Shown one piece after another: positions 18,631-26,889 of a DNA stretch of 64,000 nucleotides (the stretch's first letter is position 1; each line of letters opens with the position of its first letter). Origin of the DNA: a virus. The notes beneath the pieces are model-generated. The model worked only from the letters and a program-made list of their open reading frames with translations. It searched no databases and was not told the DNA's origin. The DNA lies in IMG/VR virus record IMGVR_UViG_3300026488_000025, positions 1-64,000 of that record; one strand, given 5' to 3'. A program made the translations under genes and the position numbers.

Positions 18631-20154
18631 CTACCACTGCTCATCGCCTTCTTCTGCTGCTGCATAGAAACGAGCATAGATAGGGTCATCTTTTTCTTTA
18701 TCTATTTCTTCTGATAATTCTTGAATTTCTTCATCCGTCATCTTAAAGATTTCTTTGAATACAAATCTATGAGAGAAAATCTTACCAACATATTCTTCAA
18801 TGTCTTGGTACTGCGATATTCTCTCTGATAATGTTTCTCTATTCATTTTGTCATAGAAAACATTTTCAGTACTAAAACGAATAATAAGATTTTTTTGTAC
18901 TATATTCCACTCATCTAATGTCATAAGACCTTTAGATAGCATTTGTCTTTTAAGAAGCTCATAGAATACTTGTAAGAATGTTTTTCTAACACCTGAAACG
19001 AATGCATAGAATTTAATTTCTTCTCTTGAATTTGAACTATCATCGAATGTAAATTCTCCAGTCGATTCTTCATCATTAATTCTATCAGTAGGTACTTTCA
19101 GTGCAGTATATAATTTTCTTTTAAAGTAAAGAATATCTGCTAGTTCACCTAAGTTTCCAGTTTCATCGATTGTATCAACCGTTGTACCTTTTTGTCCATC
19201 ACGGTTAGGGAACCAATAGTCTTCCGTCAAAGCAGCGACATGCTGCTGATTAGCAATCGTACCTGATTCTACATCATAGAATTTCTTGTACTTGAATTTA
19301 TTTTGGGTCTTAATCATTACCTCTTCGGCTTTCTTGTTGTTAAGGTTGGCAACATCAACATTAAAAACTCTACGAGATACAGAACGACTAAATCTCATTG
19401 GAATTAACATATCTTCAAGCGTCTGTAGCATATTTGCTGGTTTAATAGCTTTATGTAAATGACCCAAAATAAGTTGTTCGTGGTAGATACCTGAATCTAT
19501 TCTTATAACCTCTTCTTTATCGAACCACTCTGTATTAGTAGCAGAGTGAAGCATATAGTTATTCGTATTTTCATAATCTTTATCATATTCCCATCTATCT
19601 TTTGAATAGTTGAAAAATAAACCTAACGGGTTGATTATTCTAAGTTTTTTGATACCTTCAGATTCTTTGTTCTCTTCATACGAACAATGTAGATTTAACT
19701 GACCATCTACATAAAACTGCTTATAAAGACTGTGTAGATTTTTTTCGATGTTCATCATACTAGAAATTTCTTCAAATTCTTTAGTGATTGTATCTTGCAC
19801 ACTAATAGGTGTATCTGAATCAGTATAATCAATTTCAATAGGGTGTTTTTGGTCTGTTGGAGTAAAGATGCTTTCATTAACAATTTCTGTAATTGCTGCT
19901 TCAACTTCAGGTGAGTTGGCAATTCTTCTGTATTGGTTAATAAGCTCTGTTTGTTTCTTTAGGTACGATTGTTTCTTAGACTGATTAAGAAATCTGTTAC
20001 CTTCGTTGGCATCAAAGAATCCAGTTGGCGCGAGGTCTTCGAAGCTGTCAAGATTGCTGTCAATTCTATCGATTTCTGGCGTACTTGAATATTCAGCTTT
20101 ATTGTCTTCAGTTCTCTTTAAGAACGGTTTTGTTATACTTTCTAATAAAGTCAT
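18631..20154 (-). CDS. Portal protein (gp20-like)
   Basis: RRVFNVDV, EDYWFPNRDG.KGT and YFKRKLY.ALKVP. Confidence 0.95.
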   Translation of the reverse strand: MTLLESITKPFLKRTEDNKAEYSSTPEIDRIDSNLDSFEDLAPTGFFDANEGNRFLNQSKKQSYLKKQTELINQYRRIANSPEVEAAITEIVNESIFTPTDQKHPIEIDYTDSDTPISVQDTITKEFEEISSMMNIEKNLHSLYKQFYVDGQLNLHCSYEENKESEGIKKLRIINPLGLFFNYSKDRWEYDKDYENTNNYMLHSATNTEWFDKEEVIRIDSGIYHEQLILGHLHKAIKPANMLQTLEDMLIPMRFSRSVSRRVFNVDVANLNNKKAEEVMIKTQNKFKYKKFYDVESGTIANQQHVAALTEDYWFPNRDGQKGTTVDTIDETGNLGELADILYFKRKLYTALKVPTDRINDEESTGEFTFDDSSNSREEIKFYAFVSGVRKTFLQVFYELLKRQMLSKGLMTLDEWNIVQKNLIIRFSTENVFYDKMNRETLSERISQYQDIEEYVGKIFSHRFVFKEIFKMTDEEIQELSEEIDKEKDDPIYARFYAAAEEGDEQW

Positions 20155-20185
20155 ATAATCACCTTTGTTTATGATTATTTATAAC

Positions 20186-20932
20186 TTAGTTCTTATGTAT
20201 AATCCCTTCTTTAACGAGGCGGTTTATTTCTTTCATATTCTTTTTGACTCTTTCATAATATAGATTATTGTGCCACCCACCATTGTATTTACTGATAGCT
20301 CCAAAATACGGGTTTCCTCGATTCTCTCTAACTGCTCTGTCATAATTGTATTTAAGGTATGAGTGTGCTACGATAGTATTGAAATGAATATCACCTAAAA
20401 GTTTACTAACAAGCACCGTATCTAAAAGAGAGAAACCATAATACTCTTTGTATAGTTCTTTATTCTTATCTAGGACTCTATTTGCCCATTTAAGGACTTG
20501 TTTGTCTTTTTTATCATTGATGCCATCGTAGTATTTCGGGTTATTTACTATTTTAGTGAATTTATTGATTTTTCTTTTGATTTTTGTAAATTTTTGTGTT
20601 AGTCTATGAGGTACATACAGATAATAGTAATTCTCGTGCATATAAGATTCTTTCAACATCATTTCTCTTGCCGTTATTACTCTAGTTTGTAAAACACCGA
20701 GTGATGCTTCAGTCAAACCTGAATATTTGCTGTGTATTTGTTGGTCGCCTACTATATTCTTCCCGGCTGATGATTCTGTAAGTGCCATAGCACATAAAGT
20801 TTTCTCAAAAGAGTGTCCATCGATAGCCTTCATTTCTAAACCAGTATTATACACTTCATTTAGGACACTTATCTGGTATTCCGAATAACCGTATAAAAAA
20901 GTAGATAACATTATAATTAAAATCTTCTTCAA
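20186..20932 (-). CDS. Secreted lytic transglycosylase (SLT-like)
   Basis: Signal peptide; ALTESS catalytic motif, SLGVLQ and AISKYNGG. Confidence 0.7.
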   Translation of the reverse strand: MKKILIIMLSTFLYGYSEYQISVLNEVYNTGLEMKAIDGHSFEKTLCAMALTESSAGKNIVGDQQIHSKYSGLTEASLGVLQTRVITAREMMLKESYMHENYYYLYVPHRLTQKFTKIKRKINKFTKIVNNPKYYDGINDKKDKQVLKWANRVLDKNKELYKEYYGFSLLDTVLVSKLLGDIHFNTIVAHSYLKYNYDRAVRENRGNPYFGAISKYNGGWHNNLYYERVKKNMKEINRLVKEGIIHKN

Positions 20933-20974
20933 ATAAATCCTTTATGTAGTATTATAACATACAAAGACTTAAAG

Positions 20975-21649
20975 CTAGATGAATTTAGAAGCTTTAAGTG
21001 GGTAGTACTTTCCGTGTTGGAAATAAGGCATTTCTATACCTTTACCAGAGATTTTTTCAGTAACAAGGACTTTAAAGTTAAGCTCTCGTTCTAGTTCTCC
21101 CGGGTTGTTGAACTCATTCTTTGATTTTTTCTCTAATAGCACAAGATTATCTGGTACGATACCTTGAATATACGGATTAACACAAAACCACACGAAGCCT
21201 TTTCTTTGGGTCTTGTCGCCGAATCTGTAAATAGGTACATCACCTAAATCACGACTGAATTGTTGGACTTGTTCTTTGTTCATACTCTTGAAGAACATTA
21301 CATATTCTGCATCTTTAGCATCAATCAATACTTTAGGCGAAACAAATTTCTCGAATTTCTTAGGTGAGTCTGTTTGTCTTCTTAGTAGATAAGGGACTTC
21401 ATTACTCCTACGAGGTTTCAGTACATTCGTTAGATACTTAGCATCTGCCGAAGTAATTTCTTCATAATTCACAAAAGTAGGTAAATCCTTATCATCTATT
21501 TGTATGTACCAGTTGAACGGCATTCTTGTGCTGATATATTCTTGATACGGTATCTTATTATTTTTCGCTGCTGTAAGAAACTCGTTATAAGCTGTTACAT
21601 CATAATAATCATCAAATGTTATATAAACTTTACTCATTGGTGCCCTCAC
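20975..21649 (-). CDS. Hypothetical protein
   Basis: ORF in the late operon. Confidence 0.6.
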   Translation of the reverse strand: MRAPMSKVYITFDDYYDVTAYNEFLTAAKNNKIPYQEYISTRMPFNWYIQIDDKDLPTFVNYEEITSADAKYLTNVLKPRRSNEVPYLLRRQTDSPKKFEKFVSPKVLIDAKDAEYVMFFKSMNKEQVQQFSRDLGDVPIYRFGDKTQRKGFVWFCVNPYIQGIVPDNLVLLEKKSKNEFNNPGELERELNFKVLVTEKISGKGIEMPYFQHGKYYPLKASKFI

Positions 21650-21893
21650 TTATTAGAAGCATTGTAGAAACCTTAACCATTAGTCCAGTGTACTCATCAT
21701 AGATTAATATAGCTTCATTTTTCGAAATACCTAATGTAGATGCAATCTCGACCATCATTTCTGCTATTAACGGTTCTATTATACTATTAAGTTCATCTGC
21801 TGTCAATACATCTATTTTTGCTGCTATGATATTGTCGATGTTGTATTCTTCTTCTATGAAGCGGATAACAGTTACTTGTGCATCATTAATCAT
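21630..21893 (-). CDS. Hypothetical protein
   Basis: ORF with coupled overlaps. Confidence 0.55.
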   Translation of the reverse strand: MINDAQVTVIRFIEEEYNIDNIIAAKIDVLTADELNSIIEPLIAEMMVEIASTLGISKNEAILIYDEYTGLMVKVSTMLLISEGTNE

Positions 21894-22408
21894 TTCTTTC
21901 TCCTTTTCTTAACGCTCATCTTCCAAGCATCACTTGATGAGATTCCCATAAAATGTTCGCCTCTAAGCTCCACCACTTTCAAGTAGCTTTCGTGTGGAAT
22001 CAAAATACCTTTCTTACTTATTCTCTTATTTATATATTTTCTTAGTGCTGGAGCACCACTCTTAGCAAGTAACTTTAACATTCCCTGATAAGTAAAATCT
22101 AAAGGTTTTCCTGCTTTAATATTTCTTTTGTTTCTTCTTAGTATAATCTTCATTAAATTCTTTCTTACAGAAGGTGGTATCCAGTGCCAGTTTAATGCAA
22201 GAGTATGTCTGCTATTTCTACCTAGTATCATTGCCATAGGGGTAGCATCATACGGTGATTTCTTATCTTTTGCATTATAAGAATACATTATTATTTGTCC
22301 AGGCTGGAAATCTGAAGCCTTTAGTATTTTAGGTTTTTTTGCTAAATGTTTTACTAAATCAAAAGCTTCTTTCTCGTTACTCGTTAGTTTTTTTCTTATT
22401 TTACTCAT
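21890..22408 (-). CDS. DNA end protector (gp2-like)
   Basis: PGQIIMYSYNAK...YD..P...LALNWHWIPP..R. Confidence 0.8.
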   Translation of the reverse strand: MSKIRKKLTSNEKEAFDLVKHLAKKPKILKASDFQPGQIIMYSYNAKDKKSPYDATPMAMILGRNSRHTLALNWHWIPPSVRKNLMKIILRRNKRNIKAGKPLDFTYQGMLKLLAKSGAPALRKYINKRISKKGILIPHESYLKVVELRGEHFMGISSSDAWKMSVKKRRKK

Positions 22409-22781
22409 TCGGTACTCCTAGTATTGCACTAATTTTTTCTTTGAGGACTTGTGGTGTAAACGGCTTGACAATGTAGTTATTCACGCCTGCTCGCAAAGCT
22501 TCGAGAACGCTCATTTTCCCACCCTCTGTCGTAACCATTACAATAGGTATCTCTTTATTCACTACACGAACTTTTTTAACGAATTCTAGTCCATTCATTA
22601 CGGGCATATTCCAATCTGTGATAATAATATCGAAAGGTTTATCGAATGAAGCTAGTGTATAAGCTTCAAATGCTTCTTCTCCATTGATTGCTTTCGTGAC
22701 ATCTTTGTACTCTAACCTAGCTAGTGTATTGGCAATAATCCTCAGCATCGTTGTGCTATCATCTACAATTAGTATTTTCAT
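22401..22781 (-). CDS. cheY: Chemotaxis response regulator CheY (stand-alone receiver)
   Basis: MKILIVDDS, ITDWNMP (phospho-Asp), MVTTEGGK, GVNNYIVKPFTPQVLKEK; closely matches Campylobacter/Helicobacter CheY. ATG at 22781. Confidence 0.9.
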   Translation of the reverse strand: MKILIVDDSTTMLRIIANTLARLEYKDVTKAINGEEAFEAYTLASFDKPFDIIITDWNMPVMNGLEFVKKVRVVNKEIPIVMVTTEGGKMSVLEALRAGVNNYIVKPFTPQVLKEKISAILGVPNE

Positions 22782-22794
22782 ATAAATATTTATA
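22781..22794. promoter_or_regulatory. Overlapping divergent late promoters for gp4 (+) and cheY (-)
   Basis: TATAAATA at 22781-22788 (+) and at 22787-22794 (-). Confidence 0.6.
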
Positions 22795-22805
22795 AAGGAT
22801 TCAGA

Positions 22806-23306
22806 ATGGCATTCAAGAAAAAAACTCTCAAACAAGGTTATTTTACTCCAAAATTCCCAGACAAATATATTATTACAGAAAAGAGCATCACGAAAGGGAA
22901 TGGTATTAGGTATATGAGTGGATGGGAAAGAATGTTTTTTGATTTCTGTGACCTGAACCCTAATGTACTATCTTGGAATTCTGAAGGTATTCAAATTCCT
23001 TATATCTCACCATTAGATAATAGACAGCATACATATTATCCTGATGTGTATCTTGAGGTTAGAAGAGCTGATGGTTCAGTAGAGAAATCTTTAGTGGAAA
23101 TTAAACCTAATGCTGAGCGTATGCCCCCTAAGGAACCTAAGAAGAAAACAGAAAAGAGTAAAGCTAGGTATATGAAACAATGTCAAACATTTTTAGTGAA
23201 TCAGGCGAAATGGGAACAGGCGGAAAGGTTTTGTAATGATAATGGTATTACTTGGAAGATTATGGATGAATACTCTTTGGGTATAAAAAAACAACCAAAG
23301 AAATGA
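22806..23306 (+). CDS. Head completion nuclease (gp4-like)
   Basis: P.KY...YMSGWE..F..FCD.NP.V..WNSE...IPY...YYPD...VEIKP...NQAKW. Confidence 0.9.
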   Translation: MAFKKKTLKQGYFTPKFPDKYIITEKSITKGNGIRYMSGWERMFFDFCDLNPNVLSWNSEGIQIPYISPLDNRQHTYYPDVYLEVRRADGSVEKSLVEIKPNAERMPPKEPKKKTEKSKARYMKQCQTFLVNQAKWEQAERFCNDNGITWKIMDEYSLGIKKQPKK

Positions 23307-23467
23307 AATTCAAATTAGAAGATACATCATACGAATCAATATTAGAAGTAAGAAAAGCACTACAAGATTACAAATATACAGTAACACTTGATAACATTTA
23401 TACAGTCGAAGGTGAATCAAAAGGTATTATAAGCAATCTTCAATTCGTGATAATAACAGTCTTATAA
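23303..23467 (+). CDS. Small hypothetical protein (54 aa, below the track cut-off)
   Basis: ATG overlaps the gp4 stop: MKFKLEDTSYESILEVRKAL... Confidence 0.5.
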   Translation: MKFKLEDTSYESILEVRKALQDYKYTVTLDNIYTVEGESKGIISNLQFVIITVL

Positions 23468-23474
23468 ATACATT

Positions 23475-23554
23475 TAATAAGAGGAATCTTGTTTGAACTA
23501 ACTCTTCGCGGTCTTTAGTTCAAACAAGATTCAGGCCGCGAACCACTCTTATAA
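23475..23554 (+). ncRNA. Structured endonuclease leader, copy A
   Basis: Late promoter 23463-70; 18-bp stem 23484-501/23515-532; loop 23505-514 complementary to 23533-542; outer ATAAGAG/CTCTTAT. Confidence 0.75.
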
Positions 23555-23575
23555 TTTACTTATAGGAGTTCTCTA

Positions 23576-24346
23576 ATGAACCTTACAGAAATATTACACG
23601 AATTCAAATCACATAACCTTAACATAATCGATGAATCTAAACTTATAGAGTATATAGACTTTTGCATATCTCACAATCAAAATAACAAAATAATGTACAA
23701 AACAGCACACCATCACATTCTACCACAAGCAGTAAAACTACCATTTGGTAACTTCAGCGACCTCAAATCAAATCCTTGGAACGGCGTGCATTTACTACAC
23801 AAAGACCATTATGACGCACACTTTCTACTTTGTCAATCAATAGAGCATTATAGCATAGTGAGTTCATTTTATGCTATGAATAATAAAGATTTAAAGAATA
23901 AGAGATTAGATAAAAATGATATGGTTTCTGAAGATGTTACGGAATTGTTATTAAGAGATAGAACTAAACTAGTAACAGCAGAATATCTATTAAACGGTGA
24001 ATATACTTCTATAGCTAAAGAAGTGGGTAAGAAAGCATCTATAACGAAAAGAAAAGGATTTATAAAAGATGGGAACCTGACTACGATAGCTAAAGAAAGC
24101 GGAAAGAAAAGAACAGCTACAAATAATGGTAGAGCTATTACAGTTGTTATTTACAATATTAATAATGAAGTTATTGAAGAGTGTAACGGTACTTTCTTTG
24201 CTTTTTGTAAAATACATTCATTGGATTATACATCGTTAAAGAACGCGTCTAAAGATAGTAGATTATTCAAGACAAATCTAAGTAAAGCAAGAGCTATAAA
24301 CCAAGGAAAAGAAAAGTTTATAGGTTGTTATACAGAAACTAAATAG
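23576..24346 (+). CDS. Free-standing HNH homing endonuclease (Mob-like)
   Basis: HHHILP...WNGVHL...DHYDAHFLL. Confidence 0.8.
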   Translation: MNLTEILHEFKSHNLNIIDESKLIEYIDFCISHNQNNKIMYKTAHHHILPQAVKLPFGNFSDLKSNPWNGVHLLHKDHYDAHFLLCQSIEHYSIVSSFYAMNNKDLKNKRLDKNDMVSEDVTELLLRDRTKLVTAEYLLNGEYTSIAKEVGKKASITKRKGFIKDGNLTTIAKESGKKRTATNNGRAITVVIYNINNEVIEECNGTFFAFCKIHSLDYTSLKNASKDSRLFKTNLSKARAINQGKEKFIGCYTETK

Positions 24347-24676
24347 TTATTTCTCCTCCTTAATAAATGTATCAGTTTCCTGAGCCATAGCAATCTCTTT
24401 GAATGTTCTAATTTGCTTCTTCTTTTTTGGTTTCTTGAATATAGCTGTATCGGGTGCTGTACCTAAGTCTGCTGATGCTGTTACTTCCTGAATACGATAT
24501 GCTCTTTTCATAATCATTTCTCGTTCTTCTATATTAAAAGAACCATATAACAGTTTTTCATCATATTTATTATCCTTTATTATCTGAGCAATTAAATCTA
24601 GTCTATTATCATTTTTTAGAGGGCTCTTAAAGTATTCTTTTGCTAGTTTCTGTATATCTTTTTCTATTGTGTGCAT
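24347..24676 (-). CDS. Hypothetical protein
   Basis: ORF with GGAG RBS. Confidence 0.55.
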   Translation of the reverse strand: MHTIEKDIQKLAKEYFKSPLKNDNRLDLIAQIIKDNKYDEKLLYGSFNIEEREMIMKRAYRIQEVTASADLGTAPDTAIFKKPKKKKQIRTFKEIAMAQETDTFIKEEK

Positions 24677-24685
24677 ATCAATCTC

Positions 24686-25057
24686 CTAAGACTCGTATAT
24701 TCTATAAATGTAATACGGAATCATTCCACCATATTCAAAATCTACCATTTTAGCACAAGCTAATCTAATTGGTGCATCACCTGTAATTAAATCTTCATTA
24801 TCTTCCATAATTGCATCATCTGTCATTAAGAAGAAATCTTTACCTTTCTTATCGATACCAGTCATATAAACAAAACCATTTTCTGCTACTAACATTTTGA
24901 TATTAGCATCTGGTCTTTCTATAATAATTCTCTGATTAGCATAAGCACTCTCGTGATTGATATATGCTTTCTTGATGGGTTTTATGTTTGAAACAAGATA
25001 TTTTCTTACTTTGTCCCAAATTACACCTTCGTTTACAAATTCGCTAAATTTTTTCAT
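24686..25057 (-). CDS. Hypothetical protein, possible internal head protein
   Basis: N-terminus MKKFSEFVNE resembles the T4 capsid-targeting sequence; late promoter upstream. Confidence 0.55.
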   Translation of the reverse strand: MKKFSEFVNEGVIWDKVRKYLVSNIKPIKKAYINHESAYANQRIIIERPDANIKMLVAENGFVYMTGIDKKGKDFFLMTDDAIMEDNEDLITGDAPIRLACAKMVDFEYGGMIPYYIYRIYES

Positions 25058-25075
25058 ATTAATCTCCGTTTAAGT

Positions 25076-26560
25076 TTATTTATACTCTTCTTTTCTTATA
25101 GCATAACTGTCAATTCTTACAACTAACCAAGTTAAGGCGAGATAAGTTATTTCAAGAACAAAGGTCATTAAAAGATTTATCATCTTTAATAAAGCTAACA
25201 GTTCTATACCAAGCAACTCAGCAGTAAAATTAAGTGCTTTGTTAGTTTCTCCTACTTGTTTCTCATTCAATTCAATCTTTGCTTGTTCTTTTGTGTCTTC
25301 TAAACTAGTAATCTTATCTTGAAGTACTTCTACTTTTTTATTGATAAGTTCAACCTTACCTGCTTTAGAGCTAATGATAATAGTTTTCTTTTCTTGAACC
25401 TTAGAAATTTCATCATTCATTCTATTAATTTGAATCTGTAAGTTTCTTTTCATAGTCTTATAGTTCTTAGGTAAATCACTTATCCTAACTTTAGTATTAG
25501 TTATTTTATCTCTTATACTAGAAATACTTGAATCTAATGCACTAAGCTGTAATTGGATATTCTTCTCTACCTCAGGTATAGTGTTTTTTACTGTTAAGAT
25601 TCTACTATTTGCTGTTAGAATCTGTTTATCGATAAATTTAATTCTACTATCACCCATCGAAATGGTCTTAGCATCACCAACAGTCGATACGGCTAGACTC
25701 GAATAGATTCCTACACTAGATACGAATACCATCCCCACTAATGATGCTACTAGCACCATTCTGAGCATATAGTGATTGAAGTAAAATGCTATTTTGTCTT
25801 GCCATATTTTACCTATTTTTTCTTTATCAACACCTACTGAAAGAATTTTTATGATAGCCATCTTAGCTACATATAAAGAAACAATAATAAATGTTACCTG
25901 CGAAGGGTCTAAACGATGGTATGTTTCTTTCCAACCATCGATGTCAAACGATATAGCACTAGCAGCAATCATCAACATACTAACCATAACAATAAATCTT
26001 AGTGACATAACAAAATCTAATGTACCAGATACAACCCTAGAAGTGGTTTCAATAACAGTTTTTATGGTGCTCTCAAATTTCGATACTTCTGGTTCTAAGG
26101 TATCCGCATCTTTGAAAGGCACAAAATCATCTTCGCATATAGAAAGTAGGTCATCTATTTCATCTTTTGATAATACCCTAGGTTCAGGTTTCTCTGGTTT
26201 TTTGGGCTCCATTAGGTCTATATCTAGGTCTACTGTACTAGCAATGACGGTATCTAAATCAATTATTTCATAAACCGTGTCTTCAATATTTGGGTAATCG
26301 TACGGTTTTACTTCGTTCAAAGGTATGTCATCAGCATCATCAGCTTCGTCGCTATGAAGGTCTTCTATGACTAGTGGTTCGTTGTTCACTGGAATACTTT
26401 CTCTATCAGGCTGAATGGTATTTGTACGCTCGAAATACTGAGGGAATGCCGCTTGAAGAGAAACATTATCATTATCATCTCCGTGGAATAGTTTGTAATG
26501 TTTTCCGGCAAAAGTAATACCGACTGAATTAAATGGTTGTTCTGATAAATCTACTTTCAT
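25076..26560 (-). CDS. Membrane protein with acidic N-terminal region, about 4 TM helices and a long coiled coil
   Basis: Hydrophobic segments, a heptad-rich region and the peptide VLSKDEIDDLLS. Confidence 0.65.
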   Translation of the reverse strand: MKVDLSEQPFNSVGITFAGKHYKLFHGDDNDNVSLQAAFPQYFERTNTIQPDRESIPVNNEPLVIEDLHSDEADDADDIPLNEVKPYDYPNIEDTVYEIIDLDTVIASTVDLDIDLMEPKKPEKPEPRVLSKDEIDDLLSICEDDFVPFKDADTLEPEVSKFESTIKTVIETTSRVVSGTLDFVMSLRFIVMVSMLMIAASAISFDIDGWKETYHRLDPSQVTFIIVSLYVAKMAIIKILSVGVDKEKIGKIWQDKIAFYFNHYMLRMVLVASLVGMVFVSSVGIYSSLAVSTVGDAKTISMGDSRIKFIDKQILTANSRILTVKNTIPEVEKNIQLQLSALDSSISSIRDKITNTKVRISDLPKNYKTMKRNLQIQINRMNDEISKVQEKKTIIISSKAGKVELINKKVEVLQDKITSLEDTKEQAKIELNEKQVGETNKALNFTAELLGIELLALLKMINLLMTFVLEITYLALTWLVVRIDSYAIRKEEYK

Positions 26561-26571
26561 ATTATACCTCT

Positions 26572-26889
26572 CTAGTTTAGTTCTATTCTTATTTCGTTTT
26601 CATCGTGCTCGATAGTATATTTGTCGTAGACTCCATCAACCAACATAAAGGCACTCTCTGCATCTTTAGCTTTAAAAAATACTAAGGTTTTACCTTTCTT
26701 AGTCGGTTTCTCTAATTTGATTTTGTAACCAAATTCTCTGATAATCTGAATAGGATTAGCTTCAGCTTCAATTAAGGTTTCCATCTTAGATTTCGGTGCT
26801 TCTTCACTCTGAACCTCTTGTGGTGCTTCTGTTATTGCTATTGCTTCGTTTGTGATTTTTGATTCTAATAAATTTCTAAATGGTTTCAT
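26572..26889 (-). CDS. Hypothetical protein
   Basis: ORF with RBS. Confidence 0.55.
   Translation of the reverse strand: MKPFRNLLESKITNEAIAITEAPQEVQSEEAPKSKMETLIEAEANPIQIIREFGYKIKLEKPTKKGKTLVFFKAKDAESAFMLVDGVYDKYTIEHDENEIRIELN

Noticed and set aside
22782-22835. N-terminal extension of CheY in the ORF track
   Set aside because: It overlaps the gp4 start and the promoters; CheY similarity begins at the ATG at 22781.
23475-23554. Leader as a simple terminator, classical H-type pseudoknot or HDV-like ribozyme
   Set aside because: There is no U-tract after the stem, zero linker across an 18-20-bp stem makes a classical pseudoknot implausible, and I see no recognisable HDV P1.1/P3 core. Self-cleavage still merits a test.
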